Assembly (NCBI GenBank): GCA_025451045.1
Contig: JANWLD010000003.1
Coordinates: 5,690 to 69,689, forward strand
Length of the DNA: 64,000 bases
Direction of reading: 5' to 3'
Source: Candidatus Saccharimonadales bacterium
GTDB lineage: Bacteria; Patescibacteriota; Saccharimonadia; Saccharimonadales; 2-12-FULL-41-12
The notes beneath the pieces were generated by a model. It saw nothing but the letters and a program-made list of their open reading frames with translations. It searched no databases and was not told where the DNA came from. The translations under genes were made by a program, and so were the position numbers. Below are positions 56,232 to 64,000 of this stretch, piece after piece (the first letter of the stretch is position 1; every line of letters begins with the position of its first letter).

Positions 56232-57005
56232 ATGGCTTATTCCAGCAGAGGTGTCCCATACAAACCGGGACAAAAAGAAATATACAAACTATCGCGCTCT
56301 AAAATAGAGCTGTTCATGCAGTGCCCGCGTTGTTTTTGGCTGGATGTGCGCCAGAAAATTCGCCGGCCTTCCGGTCCGCCGTTCAATATCAACAAAGCTA
56401 TCGACGAACTGTTCAAAAAAGAGTTCGATCATTTCCGTCAGCAAAAAAAACCGCATCCGCTGATGAGCAAGAACAAGATCCAGGCCATTCCTTTTATGCA
56501 CGAGCATCTGGACAAGTGGCGGCATAACTTTACCGGTGTTTCTACAGACCATAAACCAACTAGCCTTCATATTTACGGCGCGGTTGATGATGTGTGGGTA
56601 AATAAAAAAGAAGAATTGATAGTCGTGGACTACAAAGCGACGTCGAAAAACGCGGAAATTACTCTGGATGCTGATTGGCAGATTAGCTATAAACGCCAGA
56701 TGGAAATATACCAATGGTTGCTTCGCCAAAATGGTTTCAAGGTCCAGGACAGAGGATATTTTGTCTATACTAATGCGCGGATGGATCTGGACGGATTTGA
56801 TGATAAGTTGGAATTTAAGACCAAAGTCATTGAATACGAAGGCAATACCGATTGGGTGGAGCCGGTCATTTTAAAAATGAAAGAATGCATAGACGGCAAT
56901 ATGCCGGAAGTCGGCACGGCGGCCATGGGCGGCCCCTGTGATTTTTGCACCTATGCCAAATCCCGAACCGAATTGACGCTAAAACATTTGGATAAAAAGG
57001 TATAA
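56232..57005 (+). CDS. PD-(D/E)XK nuclease, RecB/Cas4-like solo
   Basis: LSRSKIELF.QCPRC, GAVDD, VVDYK, QMEIY, C-terminal PCDFC. Confidence 0.85.
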   Translation: MAYSSRGVPYKPGQKEIYKLSRSKIELFMQCPRCFWLDVRQKIRRPSGPPFNINKAIDELFKKEFDHFRQQKKPHPLMSKNKIQAIPFMHEHLDKWRHNFTGVSTDHKPTSLHIYGAVDDVWVNKKEELIVVDYKATSKNAEITLDADWQISYKRQMEIYQWLLRQNGFKVQDRGYFVYTNARMDLDGFDDKLEFKTKVIEYEGNTDWVEPVILKMKECIDGNMPEVGTAAMGGPCDFCTYAKSRTELTLKHLDKKV

Positions 57006-57013
57006 TAAATCCG

Positions 57014-58309
57014 ATGTTAAATATCCAATTCATCCGGGAAAACCCAAAGCTAGTCGAGGAAAAATCGACTCAAAAAAATATCAAAGTCGACATTGGTAAA
57101 CTGCTTAAAACGGATGAATCCCGTCGTAAGTTATTACAAGAAATAGAAAAACTACGAGCTGATCGCAACGAACTAACTGCTCAGAGCAAAGGCCAAAAGC
57201 CAAGCGACGTGTTAATTAAAAAAGGCAAAGACCTTCGCGAACAAATAGAAAAACTGGAATCGGAGCTTAAAAAAACTGAAGTAGCTTTTAAGCAACTTCT
57301 TGAAAGCGTACCAAACATCCCGCTAGATGATGTGCCGGTCGGTAAATCTGAAGCCGAAAATAAAGTCATGGCAACCGTAGGTAAAAAACCCGAATTTGAT
57401 TTTAAGCCTAAAACCCATGTTGAAATCGGGGTCACGAAAGGCTGGATAGACAAAGAGAGAGCGGCTAAGGTTGCCGGCTCGCGCTTTGTTTATATAAAAG
57501 GCGATCTGGCCAAACTAGAATTTGCGCTGATGCAGTTTGGCGTTGACTGCCTGACAGATGAAAATTTCATAAAAGGCGTGGTAGAAGAAAACAAGCTGAA
57601 AGCAAGCACCAAGCCGTTTTCATTCGTCTTGCCGCCTGCACTGGCTAAGACCGAAGTTTATGAAGCTACTGCCCGGCTAGATAAAGAAGAAACGACCTAT
57701 AAACTGGCCGATGATGAACTATGGCTTAACGCTAGCGCCGAACATACGCTGGTGGCGATGCATTTGGATGAAACTTTTGACGCGAAAGAACTGCCCGCGC
57801 GCTACCTTGGCTACACCACGGCTTTTCGTCGCGAGGCAGGGTCTTATGGCAAGGACATAGAAGGTATTATCCGGCTGCATCAATTTAACAAATTGGAAAT
57901 GGAGAGCTTTACCACCAGTGATGATGGACTGAATGAGCATATTTTGCTAACAATGCTCCAGCGAAAGTTGATGGAAGAGCTGGAAATCCCATATCAGCTG
58001 ATTCAAAAATGCACGGCCGATATCGGCGGGCCGAATGCCAGCGGCTGGGATATCAACGCTTGGATGGCCGGACAGGATAGATACGTGGAAACACATACCG
58101 CGGATTATGTGACCGATTATCAGGCCCGTAGACTGAAGACCAAGTATAAAACAGATGATGGAAAGACTGAATTTGTCCATACTAATGACGCAACAGCCTT
58201 TGCCCAGCGTCCATTAATAGCAATTATCGAGAATAACCAGACTAAGGATGGCGATGTGGTTATTCCTAAAGCACTCCAAAAATATATGGGCGGCCAAGAA
58301 ACCATATGA
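57014..58309 (+). CDS. serS: Serine--tRNA ligase
   Basis: N-terminal coiled coil, AAKVAGSRF, FRREAGSYG, RLHQFNKLE, HTNDAT, ENNQ. Confidence 0.96.
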   Translation: MLNIQFIRENPKLVEEKSTQKNIKVDIGKLLKTDESRRKLLQEIEKLRADRNELTAQSKGQKPSDVLIKKGKDLREQIEKLESELKKTEVAFKQLLESVPNIPLDDVPVGKSEAENKVMATVGKKPEFDFKPKTHVEIGVTKGWIDKERAAKVAGSRFVYIKGDLAKLEFALMQFGVDCLTDENFIKGVVEENKLKASTKPFSFVLPPALAKTEVYEATARLDKEETTYKLADDELWLNASAEHTLVAMHLDETFDAKELPARYLGYTTAFRREAGSYGKDIEGIIRLHQFNKLEMESFTTSDDGLNEHILLTMLQRKLMEELEIPYQLIQKCTADIGGPNASGWDINAWMAGQDRYVETHTADYVTDYQARRLKTKYKTDDGKTEFVHTNDATAFAQRPLIAIIENNQTKDGDVVIPKALQKYMGGQETI

Positions 58310-58671
58310 TAAAAAATATCCAGATTGCCGGTCTCCATACTAAATTGACAGTAGAAGAAGAGAAATATGTAACGAAAAAAATCGGCCCGATGGACAGATA
58401 TATTCCTAAAAAAGCCCGGCAAAGCGTCCATACGGAGGTCAAATTAAAAAAAGAAAAATCTAAAGACAAAGCAAAATTTACTTGTGAAATAATTATGCAT
58501 CTGCCACACGGTTCAATAACCGTGCATGAAAAAGCGACTACCATGTTCGCAGCGATTGATTTGGCAGAGGACAAATTGAAAATCCAAATAATAAAGTACA
58601 AAGAAAAACACGCCGGTCCGCGAATACACCGCAAACTTATAGCTAAGTTCGCCCGAAATAAAAAAAGATAA
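58306..58671 (+). CDS. hpf: Ribosome hibernation factor HPF/RaiA (short)
   Basis: IQIAG...LT..EEKYV.KKI, MFAAIDLAEDKL..QI.KYK. Confidence 0.88.
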   Translation: MIKNIQIAGLHTKLTVEEEKYVTKKIGPMDRYIPKKARQSVHTEVKLKKEKSKDKAKFTCEIIMHLPHGSITVHEKATTMFAAIDLAEDKLKIQIIKYKEKHAGPRIHRKLIAKFARNKKR

Positions 58672-58744
58672 AACCTTAGTCACAACCAGTAGTTTTGCGG
58701 TACAATATATTATCGTAACTTTTGGGAGAAAATCAGTTTAATTT

Positions 58745-61345
58745 ATGAAAAAAGTTTTAAAACGCGTACTCGGTGACCCGCAGGCCAGAACAGTTAAAAA
58801 GCTTACCAAACGCGTCAGCGAAATTAATAGGCTAGAAGATAAATACAAAAAATTATCTGATGCCAAGCTTAAATCCCAAACCGATATTTTAAAGAAACGC
58901 CTGGAAAAAGAATCGCTGGATAATATCCTGCCAGATGCTTTCGCGGTTGTGCGGGAAACAGCTCGCCGGACATTGGGCCAACGTCACTTCGATGTCCAGC
59001 TTATCGGCGGCATGGGGCTGCATATGGGCGCGGTTACCGAAATGAAAACCGGTGAAGGGAAGACGCTGGTTGCCACCGCTCCGGTCTATCTAAATGCTTT
59101 GACGGGCAAAGGCGTCCATGTAGTCACAGTCAATGATTATCTGGCTCAGCGCGATGCCGGCTGGATGGGGCAGGTTTATCACAGGCTCGGCCTTTCTACC
59201 GGTGTTATTATTGCCGAACAGTCATTTATCTTTGACCCGAAATATAACAATAAAGACCACGAAGACGAGCGCATAAAGCAGCTAAAACCATGCACTCGGC
59301 AGGAGGCTTACGGCGCCGATATAACTTATGGGACCAACAATGAATTCGGCTTTGACTATCTGCGCGACAATATGGTTCGCGAAGTCGACCAGTTGCGCCA
59401 GCGCGACCTGCACTTTGCTATCGTTGACGAAGTTGACTCGATTCTTATCGACGAGGCCCGAACGCCGCTTATCATCTCCGCGCCCTCAACTGCCAGCAGT
59501 ACTTCATACCAGCAATTTGCCAAAGTTATTCGCTCGCTTGAACGCGATAAGCATTATGAAGTCGATGAAAAACTTAAACAGGTAGCATTGAACGATGAAG
59601 GAATAGACAAAATTGAAAAAACTTTGGGGGTCAACAATCTTTACGGGACGGCCAATATCCGGACAATTTACCATTTGGATAAAGCCCTGCGGGCCCAGGC
59701 GCTCTTCAAGCGGGACAAAGATTACGTTGTAACCAAGGAGGGTGAAATCGTAATTGTTGACGAGTTCACCGGCCGGTTACTCCCCGGTCGGCGCTATAAC
59801 GAGGGTTTGCACCAGGCAATTGAAGCTAAAGAAAACGTCGAGATTCAGGAAGAATCCCAAACGTTGGCGACCATCAGTTTCCAGAATTATTTCCGGTTAT
59901 ATGACAAACTTTCCGGCATGACCGGTACGGCACTTACTGAAGCCGAAGAATTCCATATGATATACAAGCTCGAAACTCTGGAAATCCCACCAAACAGGAA
60001 GCTTGTCAGACTTGATAGGCCGGACAGGATTTATAAGACTGAAGCGGCCAAGTTTCAAGCGATAATCAAAGAAGTCGGAGAGCTGAACAAAAAAGGCCAG
60101 CCGGTACTTATTGGTACGGTCTCGGTGGAAAAAAACGAGATACTATCCAATCTGCTGAAAAAAGCCAAGATTCCACATCAAGTATTAAATGCCAAAAATA
60201 ATGAGCGCGAAGCGGCAATTATTGCCAAAGCCGGAAGTAAAGGCGCCATTACGCTGGCGACCAACATCGCCGGACGCGGTACGGACATCGTGCTGGATGA
60301 ACAAGCCAAAAAGGCTGGCGGACTGTTTGTCTTGGGTAGTGAGCGGCACGAAGCCCGGCGTATTGATAACCAGTTACGTGGCCGTTCAGGCCGGCAGGGT
60401 GATCCTGGCGAGACCCAGTTCTTTGTATCGTGCGAAGACGATTTGATGCGGATTTTCGGCGGGGAAAAAATCTTGCGTGTCATGGACCGACTTAAAGTTG
60501 ATGACGAAACACCGATAGAAAATCGGATTATCAGCAAAAGCCTGGAAGGGGCGCAAAAGAAGGTTGAAGGGTTTAACTTCGATACGCGCAAAAACGTGGT
60601 CAAATATGATGACGTGATGAATCGCCATCGCAAAGCTACTTATATAATGCGCGATGAGATTCTACGGCAGGCCGATATTAGCAAACGGGTTAGGGAGTTT
60701 ATTGATTCTGAAGCCAAAGATATGGCAGCTTCGGGACTGAGTATGGGCGAAAAATTTGAAGATTTCCTAAAAGAAGTTTTTCCTTTTGAAGAAGATGTAC
60801 TGGATAAGCTGTTCGATAATCCGCCAGAAAAGTTTGAACTGGCCCTTAAAAAGCAAGTTGATAAAAGCTATACGGAGCAGGAAAAAAGATTCACAGCCGA
60901 AGTATTACGCAAGATAGAGCGCGATGTTTATTTGCAGATTTTAGATAATTTTTGGATGCAACACCTGGAAAATATGGAACATTTGCGCGAAGGCATACAT
61001 TGGGTCGGTGTTGGCCAGAAAGACCCGCTGGTCGAATACCGCCGCCAGGCCCAGCATATCTTTGAGCAGATGCAAATAGATTTGCGCCATGATGTAGTCC
61101 GCGCCTTATTCCATGCCCGTCCGGTGGATGTTAGCGACCAGCCAATTGAAACAGAGCTGACCCGCGCGGCTAGAAGTTCCGTTGATAATGCCGATAAAGT
61201 TGTAGAAACCGAAGAATTCAAAGAAACCGATTTTGTCAGCGCGTCGGCGGATGAAAAAGAAGTCAAAAAAGCTCATAACAAGCGCAAAAAGGCTCGGAAA
61301 GCGGAACGCCAGCGCAGGAAGAAAGGAAAAAAGAAGAAAAAATAG
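58745..61345 (+). CDS. secA: Preprotein translocase subunit SecA
   Basis: EMKTGEGKT, VTVNDYLA, DEVDSILIDEARTP, ATNIAGRGTD, QLRGRSGRQGDPG. Confidence 0.98.
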   Translation: MKKVLKRVLGDPQARTVKKLTKRVSEINRLEDKYKKLSDAKLKSQTDILKKRLEKESLDNILPDAFAVVRETARRTLGQRHFDVQLIGGMGLHMGAVTEMKTGEGKTLVATAPVYLNALTGKGVHVVTVNDYLAQRDAGWMGQVYHRLGLSTGVIIAEQSFIFDPKYNNKDHEDERIKQLKPCTRQEAYGADITYGTNNEFGFDYLRDNMVREVDQLRQRDLHFAIVDEVDSILIDEARTPLIISAPSTASSTSYQQFAKVIRSLERDKHYEVDEKLKQVALNDEGIDKIEKTLGVNNLYGTANIRTIYHLDKALRAQALFKRDKDYVVTKEGEIVIVDEFTGRLLPGRRYNEGLHQAIEAKENVEIQEESQTLATISFQNYFRLYDKLSGMTGTALTEAEEFHMIYKLETLEIPPNRKLVRLDRPDRIYKTEAAKFQAIIKEVGELNKKGQPVLIGTVSVEKNEILSNLLKKAKIPHQVLNAKNNEREAAIIAKAGSKGAITLATNIAGRGTDIVLDEQAKKAGGLFVLGSERHEARRIDNQLRGRSGRQGDPGETQFFVSCEDDLMRIFGGEKILRVMDRLKVDDETPIENRIISKSLEGAQKKVEGFNFDTRKNVVKYDDVMNRHRKATYIMRDEILRQADISKRVREFIDSEAKDMAASGLSMGEKFEDFLKEVFPFEEDVLDKLFDNPPEKFELALKKQVDKSYTEQEKRFTAEVLRKIERDVYLQILDNFWMQHLENMEHLREGIHWVGVGQKDPLVEYRRQAQHIFEQMQIDLRHDVVRALFHARPVDVSDQPIETELTRAARSSVDNADKVVETEEFKETDFVSASADEKEVKKAHNKRKKARKAERQRRKKGKKKKK

Positions 61346-61369
61346 GGCGGGCGTCTTTAAAAACCAATA

Positions 61370-62653
61370 ATGAAGCACAGCGTAAGTGAAGTAAAACTAA
61401 GCAACGGTTCAAAGGGGCTGTTAATTCATGTGCCCGATGCGACTGTTATGTCGTTTTATATCAGCTTCCGGGCTGGCGATTATCTGGCGCCGCAGGACAA
61501 ATGGGAGGCGCCACACCTGATGGAGCATCTTATTTTGGACGCCAATGAGGACTTTCCGCGCGGCCGCGATTTTCAGGCCGAGTTTGAACGTAACGGCGCA
61601 TATTCCAACGCCAGCACAAGTACCCATAACATTACCTATGAAGCTGAATGCGCGGATTTCGAGTGGCAACGGATACTCAAATGCATGGTGTTATCGGTTA
61701 CCAAACCGCTGTTTTTAAAAGATGAGTTCCATGCCGAGGTCGGTAACGTCCGCGAGGAACTGGTCTCGCGTTCGAACAGCCATTTCCAGCAGTTGTCATT
61801 AGCGCTCCGCAGTGCTTACGGCCTGACCGCGGCGACCTACCAGAAGCGGCTAGAGATGGTTGATAATGTTACCTTGGAAGACATCATAGAGCATTACAAA
61901 AATACGCATTATGCCAGCAATATGCGTTTCGTCATTGCCGGCAAGATGAACCCAACCCGCCGCGCCCAAATCAAAGCTATTTTGGGCGGTGCGGAATTGC
62001 CCAAAGGCCGCGGTCGAAAGAAACTGCCGCATGAAAAACCGAAAGGACTTAAAACACCGCTTTATATTCCTAACGACACGGTAGAAAATATATACTTTTA
62101 CTTTGATACGTTCATGAAGCGGCGGATGAATGACAAGGAACTGCATGCTGTCAGCTTGGTTAATTCAATGCTGACTGAAACCCTGCATTCGCGCATACTT
62201 GGAGCCGCCCGCGAGAAGGGACTGGTCTATAGTATGAGCTCGAATATCGCTTATGACATTGACTATACCAATTGGTGGTTTGGCGCGCAGGTCCAGCCAA
62301 AGAACGCCAGAGGCTTGTTCGATATTATAATTTCAGAACTGCAAAAGATACACGATGGCAAAATAAGCCCGGAAGATTTAAAGGCCGCCAAACAATACCG
62401 ATTGGGACGGTTCCAACGCAGCGCACAGACTGTTTCAGGCATAGCGGCCGGCTATATGTGGCGTTATTTTTTCGAAGATATCGTCGATGATTACCTGAGT
62501 ACGCCTAAACATATCAAAGCTGTCACCAAACGCCAGATTGTAGATAGCACGCGGGAGTTGTTTGCTGAAAAAAATTGGGGACTGGGCGTGTTAGGCCGCA
62601 ATGACCGCCGTCCGGCCAATCGCCTAGCCGAACAGCTAAGCATCCTTTGGTAG
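61370..62653 (+). CDS. M16 (pitrilysin/insulinase) family peptidase
   Basis: HLMEH, NASTS, EVGNVREE, REKGLVY. Confidence 0.9.
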   Translation: MKHSVSEVKLSNGSKGLLIHVPDATVMSFYISFRAGDYLAPQDKWEAPHLMEHLILDANEDFPRGRDFQAEFERNGAYSNASTSTHNITYEAECADFEWQRILKCMVLSVTKPLFLKDEFHAEVGNVREELVSRSNSHFQQLSLALRSAYGLTAATYQKRLEMVDNVTLEDIIEHYKNTHYASNMRFVIAGKMNPTRRAQIKAILGGAELPKGRGRKKLPHEKPKGLKTPLYIPNDTVENIYFYFDTFMKRRMNDKELHAVSLVNSMLTETLHSRILGAAREKGLVYSMSSNIAYDIDYTNWWFGAQVQPKNARGLFDIIISELQKIHDGKISPEDLKAAKQYRLGRFQRSAQTVSGIAAGYMWRYFFEDIVDDYLSTPKHIKAVTKRQIVDSTRELFAEKNWGLGVLGRNDRRPANRLAEQLSILW

Positions 62654-62654
62654 T

Positions 62655-63998
62655 TTAGGAAGTACTAAGGAAGAGACTATTTTCCAATTCGCCGTTTTCT
62701 ACCCTTTCCATTAGAGGGCCGGCAGTGATTTTGTATAGACTAGCATTTTGATTTTTTTGTTTAAAAAGCCCATATTGTCTGACAAGTTTCCGAGCCCGAT
62801 CGTATTTACGAAATTCTTTGGAGAATCCGAAAAGGTACGCTTGTTTGTTATAAGCAGACATCTGTCTTAAGGACATAATAAAATCAACAGCTTTTAGTTG
62901 ATGTTCATCATCTAACTCAGTAGCAATCGGGGCGTTTATCAGGGCAAGTCCAGCCCACGCGGATTTTTCCATAAGAGTGGACATAAGATGCATAAAATTA
63001 ACTTTTACAAATTCGTCTTTGGTATCAAAGAACATGTGTGTGATTTTATGGACGGTATCAATGAAGACCTTTGGATCTGTTTCGGCCAATTTTTTGAAGG
63101 AGGCATAGATAATATGTACACCTAATGAATGGGCTCGATTATCCGGGCTAGCGGGCTTTTCCTCAATTAATAGTTCAGGCTCTTTAGACGGGTCATCATA
63201 CCCAAACTTTGCCTTGTATTCTTCAGATAGAGAAGTAAATATTGGCAACCAGTCAAGCACGCCTTTTTCAAGTTCATCGGCATCTGCATAAGCTAGCTCC
63301 ATATACTCTCTGGCAAAGATACGATTAAATTCCACATAAAGGCCGTCTAGAAGCTTCAAATCACTATTTTTCAGATAATCAGAAACTTTTGCTTCCTCAT
63401 TAACTTCTTTAACTAATAGCTCAGGATCATAAATCAGCGTTGAAAGATATTCTTTTAGTATAGGTCCGAGTTCCTTTTTCTCACGCGACATGATTTTTCC
63501 GCCAGGAGTAACGATGGTTTCAATTAGTTCATTGTGTTCAAAAAATCTTTGTGTAATCTCAGGCGGTTCTTCACCGCACCACAGGGCTAATTCCTCAATC
63601 TCTGATTGTCTCTTGGCCTGATGATTTTTTTGTGCTTCCAATTTTTCCTGTTTAATTTCTTCTCGCTTCTTTTCGGTCTGATTATTCTTTGAACGGGGCG
63701 GGATAGATACTTCTGCCTGGGGCAGAGAATCGACTGGCTCCGATTCGGGCTCGGGCCTGACATGTTTTAGGGCTTTTAAGGTAGACATGTGTATGTCTTC
63801 ATCATCAACATGCTTCCTAATCCATTTTAACCCTTTGATAACAAGTCCGTGGTCAAGCACGATAAAGTCAATTCCGTCTACCGGTTCGCGCTCTTCCAGA
63901 ACACGCATATATCTTAGAGCATGAACGATTCCGTCCTGGCGGCCATTGGCATTTTTACTGCTCGCATCTGCAACTACTGAAAATTCTATAGTGTCCAA
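62655..63998 (-). CDS. Hypothetical protein (probably continues beyond window end)
   Basis: 447-codon open frame reaching the window edge; no recognisable motif. Confidence 0.6.
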   Translation of the reverse strand: MDTIEFSVVADASSKNANGRQDGIVHALRYMRVLEEREPVDGIDFIVLDHGLVIKGLKWIRKHVDDEDIHMSTLKALKHVRPEPESEPVDSLPQAEVSIPPRSKNNQTEKKREEIKQEKLEAQKNHQAKRQSEIEELALWCGEEPPEITQRFFEHNELIETIVTPGGKIMSREKKELGPILKEYLSTLIYDPELLVKEVNEEAKVSDYLKNSDLKLLDGLYVEFNRIFAREYMELAYADADELEKGVLDWLPIFTSLSEEYKAKFGYDDPSKEPELLIEEKPASPDNRAHSLGVHIIYASFKKLAETDPKVFIDTVHKITHMFFDTKDEFVKVNFMHLMSTLMEKSAWAGLALINAPIATELDDEHQLKAVDFIMSLRQMSAYNKQAYLFGFSKEFRKYDRARKLVRQYGLFKQKNQNASLYKITAGPLMERVENGELENSLFLSTS

Positions 63999-64000
63999 TG

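Noticed and set aside
56232..57005. CRISPR-Cas locus implied by a Cas4-like gene
   Set aside because: No repeat-spacer array and no other cas genes in the window.

Overview
Mostly core-genome region of a small-genome Patescibacteria (CPR) bacterium, most likely Saccharibacteria. That assignment is an inference from gene content (class I LysRS, short IF2 and EF-Ts, class II RNR, DUF5663-like and KGG proteins, a giant Thr/Gly/Ser-rich surface protein); TGA is used as stop, so code 11. The window opens with the 3' end of 23S rRNA and 5S rRNA, then a small accessory patch (GHKL/MORC-like ATPase, VOC, DUF1801) and a 2321-aa surface protein. The rest is translation, division and replication genes (rpsA, infB, fmt, def, priA, rpsU, adk, map, ftsA, ftsZ, nrdR, nrdJ, ileS, rplU, parAB, lepB, prmC, prfA, rpmE2, rpsB, tsf, frr, proS, greA, lysS, serS, hpf, secA). 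Best leads: (1) a divergent heliorhodopsin that keeps the retinal lysine, has lost the helix-C counterion Glu and both His, and has gained a type-1-like DxxxK Asp; it heads a run that includes Phe/Tyr biosynthesis genes; (2) an unannotated Pro-Pro-Ala-Pro leader peptide with a complete 1:2/2:3/3:4 attenuator upstream of the proS unit; (3) a giant adhesin-like protein with a cytoplasmic Cys4 zinc finger and a perfect palindrome at its own promoter; (4) several families of dispersed structured intergenic repeats, one with clear compensatory base-pair changes. No tRNA, CRISPR array or transposase was found. All protein calls come from reading motifs by eye; no database searches were run.
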